From the NCBI GenBank assembly GCA_964648985.1, contig CAZYMS010000008.1, forward strand, positions 1 to 55,279: 55,279 nt of DNA, written 5' to 3'. The notes below the pieces were generated by a model that saw only the letters and a list, made by a program, of their open reading frames with translations, was not told where the DNA came from and made no database searches. The DNA is from an uncultured Candidatus Saccharibacteria bacterium. Lineage in GTDB: Bacteria > Patescibacteriota > Doudnabacteria > UBA920. A program made the position numbers and the translations under genes. Position 1 is the stretch's first letter. The number at the start of each line of letters is the position of its first letter. Of this stretch, positions 25,890 through 34,809 are shown one piece after another.

Positions 25890-26606
25890 ATGCAAGAACT
25901 TCACGATAACAAAATAATACTACTGAGTAAGTTCAATGATTTCATTAAAACTGATATACAGGCTGCTCTCGGGGAGCTGAAAGATATCAAAACGGAAAAA
26001 AATCGCTTTCATCTTCAAAAGCTGGTATATATAGATTTAGTCAATCGATTTGATTCGTTGATTGACTCTATGCTGTTGGCTTTTGCTACAGAAGATGGCA
26101 TGTTCCGCGAGCGAATACTGAAGAATTGGAAAGAAATTCCTGTATATAAACAAGAGATGTACGAAGTACTTATGTCCATCAACGTTAAAGAGTATCTTGG
26201 CCAGAAGATGTCTGAGGCTGTTAAGGCTGAATATTTAAGTAAACGTCACTCAGATAAATTACGAATACTATTAAAAACTTGTTTCGCATGGGAAGATACT
26301 GAGTTGCAACGGCCTCGGGTGGACAGTAACGGTAGTATTGGAAGAATCCGTCGAAGACTTGGTAGAAAGAATCCGACTCAGGTGCCTGGATTCGCAGACT
26401 GGTTGTATTCTCGAAGGAATGCCTTAGTTCATGGAGATAAAAATCATTTTATTCAACAAGACCGAGAAATTATCGAACAAAAGTTCCAGGTGCTGGTACC
26501 TTTGTCAATCGTAATTAAATTATCTTCCATTACCACAGCAGCAAGGTTTTATTCCGATCTGTGCAAGTTAATGCAAAGAAAAATAGATAATGTAATTATT
26601 GCATAA
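25890..26606 (+). CDS. HEPN-domain protein (putative RNase; RiboL-PSP-HEPN-like)
   Basis: YSRRNALVHGDKNH gives R176-x4-H181 near the C-terminus of a helical-looking 238-aa protein. AT-rich. The next gene is an L-PSP/RidA gene. Confidence 0.6.
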   Translation: MQELHDNKIILLSKFNDFIKTDIQAALGELKDIKTEKNRFHLQKLVYIDLVNRFDSLIDSMLLAFATEDGMFRERILKNWKEIPVYKQEMYEVLMSINVKEYLGQKMSEAVKAEYLSKRHSDKLRILLKTCFAWEDTELQRPRVDSNGSIGRIRRRLGRKNPTQVPGFADWLYSRRNALVHGDKNHFIQQDREIIEQKFQVLVPLSIVIKLSSITTAARFYSDLCKLMQRKIDNVIIA

Positions 26607-26633
26607 AGATCTAAGCTTTTAAACATCAATAAT

Positions 26634-26981
26634 ATGGCAATAACATTTCCATTGAGTACGTATAGAAAAGCAGGGGATTTGGTATTCATGTCGGGGCAGA
26701 TAGGTATGAAGGATGGTGAATTAATAGAGGGCGGTATAGAAATAGAAACTCGACAGACTATTCAAAATATTGCTGGTATTTTAGAAGGTGTTGGTCTAAG
26801 TCTTGCGAATGTTGTTTCGTCAGAAGTATTTTTAACTTCATTCGAGGAAGACTACGCACTCATGAACGATGTGTATAGAGAGCTTTTTATGGAACCATAT
26901 CCAGCTCGTATTTGTGTTGGCGTAAAAGCTTTGCCGCGTAATGCTAAAGTAGAAATAAAAGTAATAGCATTGGCTGTATAA
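26634..26981 (+). CDS. ridA: RidA/YjgF/L-PSP family protein
   Basis: DLVFMSGQIG, ETRQTIQNI, PARICVGVKALP and VEIKVIA motifs. Confidence 0.85.
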   Translation: MAITFPLSTYRKAGDLVFMSGQIGMKDGELIEGGIEIETRQTIQNIAGILEGVGLSLANVVSSEVFLTSFEEDYALMNDVYRELFMEPYPARICVGVKALPRNAKVEIKVIALAV

Positions 26982-26982
26982 C

Positions 26983-27546
26983 ATGCAAGAAGAATTGGCG
27001 AGACTTTTTTCTTTCAGTGATATACCGAATTGTATAGATATACTTAAACTGCTTGATGTTAACACAAGGGGCAAGGTTTACATGTTGGGTGGTGGAGTTT
27101 TTCGGCAGATTACTTCAAAATATTGGAAGGAAAAAATTGAGTATAGAGACTTCGATTTTGTTGCTCCTGAGGTGGTCGAAGAACTCACATTGCCAAGGGG
27201 TTGGGTTGCGCAAAAAAACAGCTACGGGGCCCATAAGGTTTTTACCGGAGAAACAACTATTGATTTATGGTCTCACGCCCAACAATACTCTATTGTTAGT
27301 CGGGGGCTTCCATTTACTATTGAAGCTGTGCTGCAGCTAACTCCATTAACCATTCAATCCATTGCATATGATTTGCAGGAGAACAGTGTGAAGGGCGGTG
27401 CTGGTTTGGATGCCATCCGCTCGCGAACTGTTGGAGTAAACTGTTTGGACCAGGCAAAACATTATTGTAGTCTGAAAGGTTTCTCTGTAAATGAATTTAT
27501 TCAACAAAAAGCCATGGCACTGGGTTTCCGGCCAGTCTTTATTTAG
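26983..27546 (+). CDS. nucleotidyltransferase resembling the head domain of CCA-adding/poly(A) polymerase enzymes (head only, 187 aa)
   Basis: LGGGVFRQ ... RDFDFVA ... GETTIDLWSH ... PLTIQSIAYDL ... GGAGLDAIRSRTV match pol-beta NTase motifs in CCA-enzyme order. 1-nt gap after the ridA stop. Confidence 0.5.
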   Translation: MQEELARLFSFSDIPNCIDILKLLDVNTRGKVYMLGGGVFRQITSKYWKEKIEYRDFDFVAPEVVEELTLPRGWVAQKNSYGAHKVFTGETTIDLWSHAQQYSIVSRGLPFTIEAVLQLTPLTIQSIAYDLQENSVKGGAGLDAIRSRTVGVNCLDQAKHYCSLKGFSVNEFIQQKAMALGFRPVFI

Positions 27547-27582
27547 AAACCACCAACATCTCAATTTCTAAGTTTAGTGCAA

Positions 27583-28110
27583 ATGAAAAAATACGTAGCG
27601 CTGTTGCGCGGAATAAATGTGGGTGGGAATAATAAGGTGGAAATGAAAAGGCTTAAACAAGTGTTTGAGAGATTAGGTTATGGGAATGTATCTACGTATA
27701 TAAATTCTGGCAATGTTATTTTTGAAAGCAAAACTATACCCAAAGCAGGGGATATAGAAAAGGCACTCAAAAAAGCATTTGGGTTTGTCATTGGTGTTAT
27801 TGTGCGCGATGCAAAGAACATTGCAAAAGTAGTTAAGGCTATTCCTGCTGGGTGGGAAAATAATACAGAAGTGAAAACAGATATTTTATTTTTGTGGGAC
27901 GAGTACAGCAAAAAGAGTTCGCTTAATTTAATAATTCCACACCCCGAAGCAGACAAGCTGAAATACGCAGACGGTGCTATTATATGGAGCATAAACCGAA
28001 AACTGCATACCAAGAGTGGCGTACGGAAATTTATAGGCACGCCGCTCTATAAAAATATGACCGCCCGCAACGTTAATACTGTTCGGAAGCTTGCATTGCT
28101 AATGGAATAA
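27583..28110 (+). CDS. DUF1697 family protein
   Basis: MKKYVALLRGINVGGNNKVEMKRLK...YINSGNVIF signature. Start placed at the ATG at 27583. Confidence 0.7.
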   Translation: MKKYVALLRGINVGGNNKVEMKRLKQVFERLGYGNVSTYINSGNVIFESKTIPKAGDIEKALKKAFGFVIGVIVRDAKNIAKVVKAIPAGWENNTEVKTDILFLWDEYSKKSSLNLIIPHPEADKLKYADGAIIWSINRKLHTKSGVRKFIGTPLYKNMTARNVNTVRKLALLME

Positions 28111-28119
28111 TTATAAATA

Positions 28120-29346
28120 TTGGATATTAAAACTTTAGTAAATTATATGCTTGGAGGTGAATATAGCTCGCTAGAATCCATGGCCGATTGGCATCCCGAA
28201 AGTGAGCAGCGTAAAAAAGAACAAGGTATACCAAGGGGCGGGCGCATAGAGTATCCGACTAATGAAGGGGACAAAGTGGAACTGGTGTGGCAGGTGTCTC
28301 GCCCTACTCAGAAACGTTTGCGGAGTGATGTAAATAAAAATCCTGAATTATTAGACTCTTCGGAAGTAGAACTCTCGGAAAAACTTCAGGATATGGGGGT
28401 AGTAAATGATAAAGACATACTGCCTCGTAGAGAGCCATTTGTAGCAGGTCCTGAGGATTATGTGGAACAAGCTGGAGAAGGTGAAGCCGTTATATTCTTA
28501 CCCGGCGTGGCGCTGGAGGGGGACTCAGGTCCGGTTGTGGAGTCAGGGAATCATTTTGCAAATGCACGACAAGCAAAAACTTATACCATATCTACAAGGT
28601 TGGGTAGTCCCACTACAGAAAACTCGCAAGAAATACAAGCTGAGGCAATATTAAAATTTATAACCGAACAAGGATTAACGAAAATAACTATTGTTGGTAA
28701 CTCGCAAGGTGCGAATAAAGGAATTGATCTGGCCTGGCTCATCCAAGAATCAAACAAAGTAGAGGGTGCCATGCATATTGAGATTGAAGGTCTTGTTCTC
28801 ACCAGCCCTGGTGGGATAATTGAGCAAGATGAAAATCAGCTCACAAATAATTTTTTTAAAGATTCATTAATAAATACTACTCCTGAGGTTGTGAACCAGG
28901 CTATAAAGAATCCTACGAAATACACGCAGGGTATTGCTGCTTCGTCGAAGTTGGGTGCAAGTGTTGGATCTAACATGGCAAAAGAAGGTTTGAAGGGTCA
29001 GCTCGGTAAGCGCACCGTACGCGAATCTAAAGAAGCGGCAAGAATAAATGACCATGCGCGTGAACTTACTATGCCCGTTGTAATTGTGGTTGGAGAAAAA
29101 GATGCGGCGTTCAATGCAGATAAATTTGTGCCAGAGGTTGCGCACGATCAGTCAGTGTGGTCGCAACAACAGAGAGAGAAAAAAATGCGACAGGACCTGT
29201 TCCACAATGCAACTGGGGTTAGGGTGCTTAAAGCAGAGCATAATGGAGTGCATGGAGTACATTATTTTAGAGAAGATCAAATTGCTAACACTGTTATGTA
29301 TATGCTGGACCGAATGAAAAGAAGTACAGTCGTAGATCAAAAATAG
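28120..29346 (+). CDS. hypothetical protein with alpha/beta-hydrolase-like core
   Basis: ITIVGNSQGANKG gives a GxSxG nucleophile-elbow candidate. Start is the TTG at 28120 or the ATG at 28147. Confidence 0.45.
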   Translation: MDIKTLVNYMLGGEYSSLESMADWHPESEQRKKEQGIPRGGRIEYPTNEGDKVELVWQVSRPTQKRLRSDVNKNPELLDSSEVELSEKLQDMGVVNDKDILPRREPFVAGPEDYVEQAGEGEAVIFLPGVALEGDSGPVVESGNHFANARQAKTYTISTRLGSPTTENSQEIQAEAILKFITEQGLTKITIVGNSQGANKGIDLAWLIQESNKVEGAMHIEIEGLVLTSPGGIIEQDENQLTNNFFKDSLINTTPEVVNQAIKNPTKYTQGIAASSKLGASVGSNMAKEGLKGQLGKRTVRESKEAARINDHARELTMPVVIVVGEKDAAFNADKFVPEVAHDQSVWSQQQREKKMRQDLFHNATGVRVLKAEHNGVHGVHYFREDQIANTVMYMLDRMKRSTVVDQK

Positions 29347-29408
29347 CTCATCGCAAAACGATAAACGATGCCTTTTGTTATGCTCGTGCTTAATATTCTA
29401 TTTATACT

Positions 29409-31208
29409 ATGGAGAAGAAAAAATATACGATTCAAAATTTTCTAGAAGTGAAGGTAAGTAAGGATCCGCATTTTAGCCCCGATGGAATGGAAGTGGCGTA
29501 TTTATCGAGCTTGAGTGGTACGTCTCAGATTTATCTGGTGCCAGCTAGAGGGGGCACCTCTGTACAGCTTACCGACTTTCCAGACTCAGTATCGCGTATG
29601 GTGTTTTCTCCCACTGAACATGTAATTGTATTTGCAAAGTCCATAGGGGGTAACGAGCGCGATCAGTTATTTCTCATTGACACCCGTACCAGAGAGGTCC
29701 GCGCCCTTACGAATAATCCCGGTGTAAAATATTCTCTCGGTGAATTTTCTCCAGATGGTAAGTATATTTCTTATTCTTCTACAGAGCGAAATCATAAAGA
29801 TTTTGATGTGTATATACTGAATATTGAAAGTGGCGAGGTGCGGCGCGTGTTTGAACTGGGGGATTGGTGTAGGCCAGGTAAGTTTTCGCCGTTAGGGACA
29901 TATGTAAGCGTTATTAGATCGTATACCAATGAGAATATAGACCTCTATATATGTAATTTAGAAACGGGAGACACAGAGCATATTACGCCGCATGTAGGAG
30001 ATGTATCTAATTGGGTTGTTGGTTGGTCAATGGATGAGTCAAAAATATATATTTTAACGGATCAGGATACCGAGTTTATTCACCTTACCGCATATTCGCT
30101 TCACACGAAAACCTTGGAACAAGTCCTCGCACTGCAAGGGGACATAGACGAAGTTTCATTTGACTACACGGGCAGTCGTGCTGTCGTGGTGCTGAATAAT
30201 AATGGGTATAGCAGAGTAAGTATGTACGACACTACAGATTGGAGTGCGGTTCCTCTTACTATTGCAGATGGGCAGGTTGGTAGTCTGGGTTTCGCCCCCG
30301 ACAATACAACACTAGCGTTCGCCTGGGAAGATTCTCGCCACGCGTCAAACATATGTGTGGTCAATATAAAAACAGGAGAGCAAGTGCAGCTTACAAATAG
30401 TCCTCAGGGCGTTCCCCCAGAAGTTTTAGTAGATCCAGAACTTATAACCTATAAGTCGTTTGATGGTCTTGAAGTGTCAGCGTTTGTGTATAAGCCAAAA
30501 GAACTCAGAGAAGGCGCTAGGGCTCCAACTATTATAAATATACATGGTGGCCCTTCAGCTCAGCACCGGCCACAACTTTTATTGCTCACTCAATATTTTG
30601 TGTACGCCGGCTATGTAGTAGTGGCGCCAAATGTTCGTGGGAGTACGGGCTACGGTAAAACATATGCCACACTTGATGATGTAGAAAAGCGGCTTGACTC
30701 AGTCAAAGATATTATTGCACTGCGAGAATATCTTCAGACCATCCCTGAAGTAGACATGGAAAAGCTGGTGCTTATGGGCGGAAGCTACGGCGGGTTTATG
30801 GTATTGGCGTGCATGGCGTTTTATCCGGAGCTGTGGGCTGCGGGGGTTGAGACAGTAGGTATAGCGAACTTTGTTACGTTCCTAGAGAACACCGCTGACT
30901 ATCGCCGTGCAAACCGCGAAGCAGAATACGGTTCTCTTGCAACAGATAGAGAGCTATTAAAATCAATCTCTCCCATTCATGCCGCGGACAAAATTACCGC
31001 GCCGCTATTTATTATTCATGGAGCAAACGACCCACGCGTACCATTGTCCGAAGCAGAGCAAATCGCTACTAAGATGAAAGAATTGGGACGGCGAGCAGAG
31101 CTGCTAGTCTACATGGATGAAGGGCATGGTCTGTCCAAGCTTAAGAACAGGCTCGATGCATATCCAAAAGTTGTAGAGTTTTTACGGAATGAATTATCAA
31201 AGATTTGA
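29409..31208 (+). CDS. S9-family serine peptidase (prolyl oligopeptidase/acylaminoacyl peptidase type; beta-propeller + hydrolase)
   Basis: FSPDG repeats in the N-terminal half. HGGP, GGSYGG nucleophile, HGANDPRV and EGHG in the C-terminal half. Confidence 0.85.
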   Translation: MEKKKYTIQNFLEVKVSKDPHFSPDGMEVAYLSSLSGTSQIYLVPARGGTSVQLTDFPDSVSRMVFSPTEHVIVFAKSIGGNERDQLFLIDTRTREVRALTNNPGVKYSLGEFSPDGKYISYSSTERNHKDFDVYILNIESGEVRRVFELGDWCRPGKFSPLGTYVSVIRSYTNENIDLYICNLETGDTEHITPHVGDVSNWVVGWSMDESKIYILTDQDTEFIHLTAYSLHTKTLEQVLALQGDIDEVSFDYTGSRAVVVLNNNGYSRVSMYDTTDWSAVPLTIADGQVGSLGFAPDNTTLAFAWEDSRHASNICVVNIKTGEQVQLTNSPQGVPPEVLVDPELITYKSFDGLEVSAFVYKPKELREGARAPTIINIHGGPSAQHRPQLLLLTQYFVYAGYVVVAPNVRGSTGYGKTYATLDDVEKRLDSVKDIIALREYLQTIPEVDMEKLVLMGGSYGGFMVLACMAFYPELWAAGVETVGIANFVTFLENTADYRRANREAEYGSLATDRELLKSISPIHAADKITAPLFIIHGANDPRVPLSEAEQIATKMKELGRRAELLVYMDEGHGLSKLKNRLDAYPKVVEFLRNELSKI

Positions 31209-31242
31209 CGCGGGCATTATTATGAGTGACCGAATATAGTAT

Positions 31243-31584
31243 ATGGACACATTTCAAGAAGTAATAGCACAAACAAAAGAAGTTATACAGCGATTTGAAA
31301 AGATAGAGGGTAAGCCGTGGGGCATAGAGGCAGCTATGATAGAATTGTCCAAACAGGTGGGTCAGCTCTCCGCGCTTATTATGATGCAAGAGCACTACTA
31401 TGCGAATGATAGAGATACCGACCAGCCGCAGTATAAAGTTTCCCAAGAGAAAATAGCAGATGAACTAAGTGATATATTGCTCATTATTATCCGCATTGCG
31501 GACATTTACAAGATAGACTTAGAAGCCGCACACACAGAAGCTCTTGAAGTTGCTAAAAAATATTTAGTATCGAAAGGTGTATAA
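31243..31584 (+). CDS. MazG-like nucleotide pyrophosphohydrolase (all-alpha NTP-PPase)
   Basis: AAMIELSKQVGQLS and IADELSDILLIIIRIAD give the EXXE/EXXD-type helices. Confidence 0.6.
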   Translation: MDTFQEVIAQTKEVIQRFEKIEGKPWGIEAAMIELSKQVGQLSALIMMQEHYYANDRDTDQPQYKVSQEKIADELSDILLIIIRIADIYKIDLEAAHTEALEVAKKYLVSKGV

Positions 31585-31592
31585 GTTGTGGA

Positions 31593-32339
31593 ATGCAGAT
31601 GCATAAAAAATTAGTCACTAACAAGATAGCGTGGGATGCTGTTGCAAACCAGTTCTTTGCTCATAGTGCCTTACCAGAGTGGGGGCCATTTGGAATTGGA
31701 AAAGATTTAGGACTCCTAAAGAATATTAAAAACAAGACCATTCTCGAAATCGGTTTTGGGAGCGGGCATTCTTTAAATTATTTGGCAAAGCGTGGTGCTA
31801 AAAAAGTCTACGGTGTAGACATATCCGAGGCGCAATATGCGTATGCAACACAGATAAACAAGCAATATATTCAAAAAGCTAGGGTTCAGCTTTTTCTTAG
31901 CCCTATGGAACAAAAGCTTGTATTGCCACGCGTTGATTTGGTGGTATCTATATACGCACTTGGGTGGACCATAGATCCAAAGAAAACGTTAGAGAATATC
32001 TATTCGTACCTAAAACCTGGCGGCACATTTATCTGGAGCTGGGAGCACTCGCTGTTTTCCGATGTTACTGACACTGGTAGCGGTCTTGTAGTAAGCCATG
32101 CATACCATAATGAGAAAGAATTGCGTAAGCTTAATTGGAAGGGCAAGGTACCAATATATATAACCTACCTTAAAACCGATACTTGGTTTAAACTTTTAAG
32201 GGGGGCGGGATTCGTAGTTGAGGAGTACATGGAACCAGCGCCAAAAAATAGTAAGTTTTCTAGTAAAAACTATTACACTTTACAGAAAGCTAAACATATT
32301 CCCGCCACCATGATATGGGTGTGCAAGAAGCCCGTGTAA
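31593..32339 (+). CDS. class I SAM-dependent methyltransferase
   Basis: ILEIGFGSGH motif I, VYGVDISE motif II. Confidence 0.75.
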   Translation: MQMHKKLVTNKIAWDAVANQFFAHSALPEWGPFGIGKDLGLLKNIKNKTILEIGFGSGHSLNYLAKRGAKKVYGVDISEAQYAYATQINKQYIQKARVQLFLSPMEQKLVLPRVDLVVSIYALGWTIDPKKTLENIYSYLKPGGTFIWSWEHSLFSDVTDTGSGLVVSHAYHNEKELRKLNWKGKVPIYITYLKTDTWFKLLRGAGFVVEEYMEPAPKNSKFSSKNYYTLQKAKHIPATMIWVCKKPV

Positions 32340-32393
32340 TAGGTAACATCTAAATAATGCTCCGTCTTTAAAAATTATAGTAGTAATAAGGTT

Positions 32394-33311
32394 TTGCAAT
32401 TAATACCATATATGAATCAATTAGAGTATAAAGAGTTAGGCGCAAATATTCGGCAGGTGTATCTAGATAGCGATAAGTACCAACTCGATAAGCACGTACC
32501 TGCATTTAAAAAAGACGGAGAATATGTTGGTGACTTTTTTAGTTTGACCATGTTTGAGCTTGATGGCGAAAATCCGCCCATTTTCTATCATACCTATAGC
32601 CCATACGATGTAATAACCGGCAAGAGCTCGGACCATGCAGTTATATTCCGGTCAGGGCAAATAGTTATGTCTACAGAATTTACACCGTATATGCGCCAGC
32701 GTACTGGTGTTATGACCGCAGTTGTTCTAGAAGGATTGGGCTTACAAGAGATACGTTCTCGAAAAGTTTTGTATATAGGAACTGGTAATATCGCTCAGCA
32801 CGATCTTGCCGCGCTTAAAGCATATTATCCAGACTTGCAAACAGTCTCATATATCAACCGCACAGGGAAGGCTGGTGCTTTCCGTGACGTTGCCAATGAC
32901 ATTGGTGTAACAATAGAGCAGGGGAGTTTAGAACAGATTGGTGACTCCGACATTATTATTTGTCATACGAATTCAAAGGACCCAGTTCTTGCTGCTGCAA
33001 TGAAAAAGCATATTAAGCAGGGAGCTGTAATTACTGTTTTTTCTTCTGAAAATTTTACAGAAGTCGCAAGTGAGTTTTTCGATACCAATGATGCAACGGT
33101 GCTTATTGATTGGGCTCAAACTATTAATGAGTCGCCGGATTTACAGGTAGCAGTAGAACAGGGTATTGCAGATGCGGCTAAGTTAATACCTTTGAGACAG
33201 TTTTTCACCGAAGGAGCCGCAGGTAACAGCCGCTATACAATTTATCGTAGTCACGGTACCCCCATGCAGAACCTAGCTGCTTTGCAATTGCTTTTAAAAC
33301 AACAAAGTTAG
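32394..33311 (+). CDS. ornithine cyclodeaminase/mu-crystallin-like NAD(P)-binding protein
   Basis: VLYIGTGNIAQHDLAAL Rossmann segment at the position typical for this family. Start is the TTG at 32394 or the ATG at 32412. Confidence 0.45.
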   Translation: MQLIPYMNQLEYKELGANIRQVYLDSDKYQLDKHVPAFKKDGEYVGDFFSLTMFELDGENPPIFYHTYSPYDVITGKSSDHAVIFRSGQIVMSTEFTPYMRQRTGVMTAVVLEGLGLQEIRSRKVLYIGTGNIAQHDLAALKAYYPDLQTVSYINRTGKAGAFRDVANDIGVTIEQGSLEQIGDSDIIICHTNSKDPVLAAAMKKHIKQGAVITVFSSENFTEVASEFFDTNDATVLIDWAQTINESPDLQVAVEQGIADAAKLIPLRQFFTEGAAGNSRYTIYRSHGTPMQNLAALQLLLKQQS

Positions 33312-33329
33312 ATTTGGCCTAGCGTTCAT

Positions 33330-33370
33330 AAAAAAAACGACCCCACGGAATGTTTGTTCCGTGGGGTTTT
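33330..33370. terminator. bidirectional rho-independent terminator
   Basis: AAAAAAAA-CGA-CCCCACGGAA-TGTTTG-TTCCGTGGGG-TTTT between convergent genes. Confidence 0.8.
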
Positions 33371-33426
33371 GGCGAATATTTCGCCGTATAGATTTTGCTT
33401 TACAACCTGCAAAGCCCTTTCACTGT

Positions 33427-34014
33427 TCAACTCATGCCACGATAATGCACGTGTATGCAGTCCTGGCAATGCAGTTTACGAACACCTGCCGCAATAAGCT
33501 CCGAAAAATTATTCAGTGCCATGGGGAGAGCGGTAGGTATTCCGGAAAAAGGGTATGTTGGCGTAACGTATGCAAGGTTGTTTTCGCTATGAACGTGATG
33601 TGCTGTCACCAGTACTCGTGTCATAGCTTCGGTATTTCCGACTTCTGCTTCTAGTAACGTTACTTTCGCCGTAACAGCACCGGAATAGGTCTGGAAGAAA
33701 CCTTGCGTAGTTTTATCGCCCAGCACAAACCGGGGTTTGAGCGGGTTGCCCATGCTATCTCCTACAACGGTAACCGCGCGTTTCCCGTCTAGGATTTGGA
33801 CTTGTTCGGAAAGAACCAGACTCAGAGATAAGTCTGATCTGCCGACAAGGGGTTCCGGGAGCAGGTATATGACCATGTCGCCGTCTCCTCCAGTGCGGGT
33901 TACTTCGGGAAGATCAACTTCCAAAAAGTCTCCCACCCGTACTGCTTGCCACGCCTGCGCCACCAGTATCCCTTCGAGATTACGTGGCGTGGGGCTCACA
34001 ATTGCCTTAAGCAT
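33427..34014 (-). CDS. hypothetical protein (195 aa)
   Basis: Strong RBS GGAGG-7-ATG at 34014. The ORF looks comparatively GC-rich. No motif recognised. Confidence 0.55.
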   Translation of the reverse strand: MLKAIVSPTPRNLEGILVAQAWQAVRVGDFLEVDLPEVTRTGGDGDMVIYLLPEPLVGRSDLSLSLVLSEQVQILDGKRAVTVVGDSMGNPLKPRFVLGDKTTQGFFQTYSGAVTAKVTLLEAEVGNTEAMTRVLVTAHHVHSENNLAYVTPTYPFSGIPTALPMALNNFSELIAAGVRKLHCQDCIHVHYRGMS

Positions 34015-34220
34015 TTTTTTCCTCCGTAAGCTTGTATGAGAGTTAGTCTTTATTGTAGCGATCATTGGTTATGCGTAGTAGTTTAACCGAATGACGCTAC
34101 AGTATGCCAGACAAAGCCTTGAATGTCTATATTTGTTCTAGCTCCCTGCAGGTTTGAATTAGATGTACGGGTCCATATTTAAATAAGTGGACGCGGAAGA
34201 AAAATGTTAAAATAAGAGAA

Positions 34221-34667
34221 ATGAGTAAAGAAATTGTTATGCAATCTCAGATTTTAGATTACTTACAAACACAACGCGTGGGAATCCTGGCGATAGAAAT
34301 GACGGACGGTTCGCCTCATGCAGCTACAGTGCATTTCGCCGCTGAAGCCGATGGGTCACATTTTTACTTTTGGACCCCTGCCGGATCGCGCAAGGTAGAG
34401 TCGCTGCAGACTCGCCCAAGCTCTCGCGCCTCAGTGGTGATAGGCGCGGACGAAACGAATATGAAAACATTGCAAATGGACGGCGAGTGTAAATTTGTGT
34501 TAGAGCAAGATCGTTCTCGGTTCGACAGTATATACTTTGGTAAATTTCCAGAAAAAGTTGGAAAGTTTCCCGATGCGGTAGCGCTGGTGTTTTCACCAAG
34601 CTGGTGGAGATTTACTGACTGGACCACACCGCAAGGCAGAGTTGTTCTTAATTCAAAAGCAGAATAA
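34221..34667 (+). CDS. pyridoxamine 5'-phosphate oxidase-like FMN-binding split-barrel protein
   Basis: ILDYLQTQRVGILAIEMTDGSPHAATVHFA pattern typical of PNPOx-like proteins. Confidence 0.6.
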   Translation: MSKEIVMQSQILDYLQTQRVGILAIEMTDGSPHAATVHFAAEADGSHFYFWTPAGSRKVESLQTRPSSRASVVIGADETNMKTLQMDGECKFVLEQDRSRFDSIYFGKFPEKVGKFPDAVALVFSPSWWRFTDWTTPQGRVVLNSKAE

Positions 34668-34675
34668 TCCACTTC

Positions 34676-34715
34676 AGAGACAACACTTTTCGTGGCCACG
34701 AAAAGTGTTGTCTCT
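34676..34715. repeat. 40-bp perfect palindrome, family copy a
   Basis: AGAGACAACACTTTTCGTGG|CCACGAAAAGTGTTGTCTCT. Confidence 0.9.
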
Positions 34716-34809
34716 TCTTAGTATGTGCCAGCGTTTTATGCTACTGTTTAATGATGTTTTGTAAGGTAGGTTTTACAATATTATTGTAAGCTATCATAAT
34801 GGTTGGGTC

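Noticed and set aside
25751-33370. Prophage or integrative element inserted at tRNA-Gln.
   Set aside because: I saw no integrase, recombinase, phage structural or replication genes, and no direct repeat of the tRNA 3' end downstream. Only the island-like gene content is kept, as a low-interest finding.
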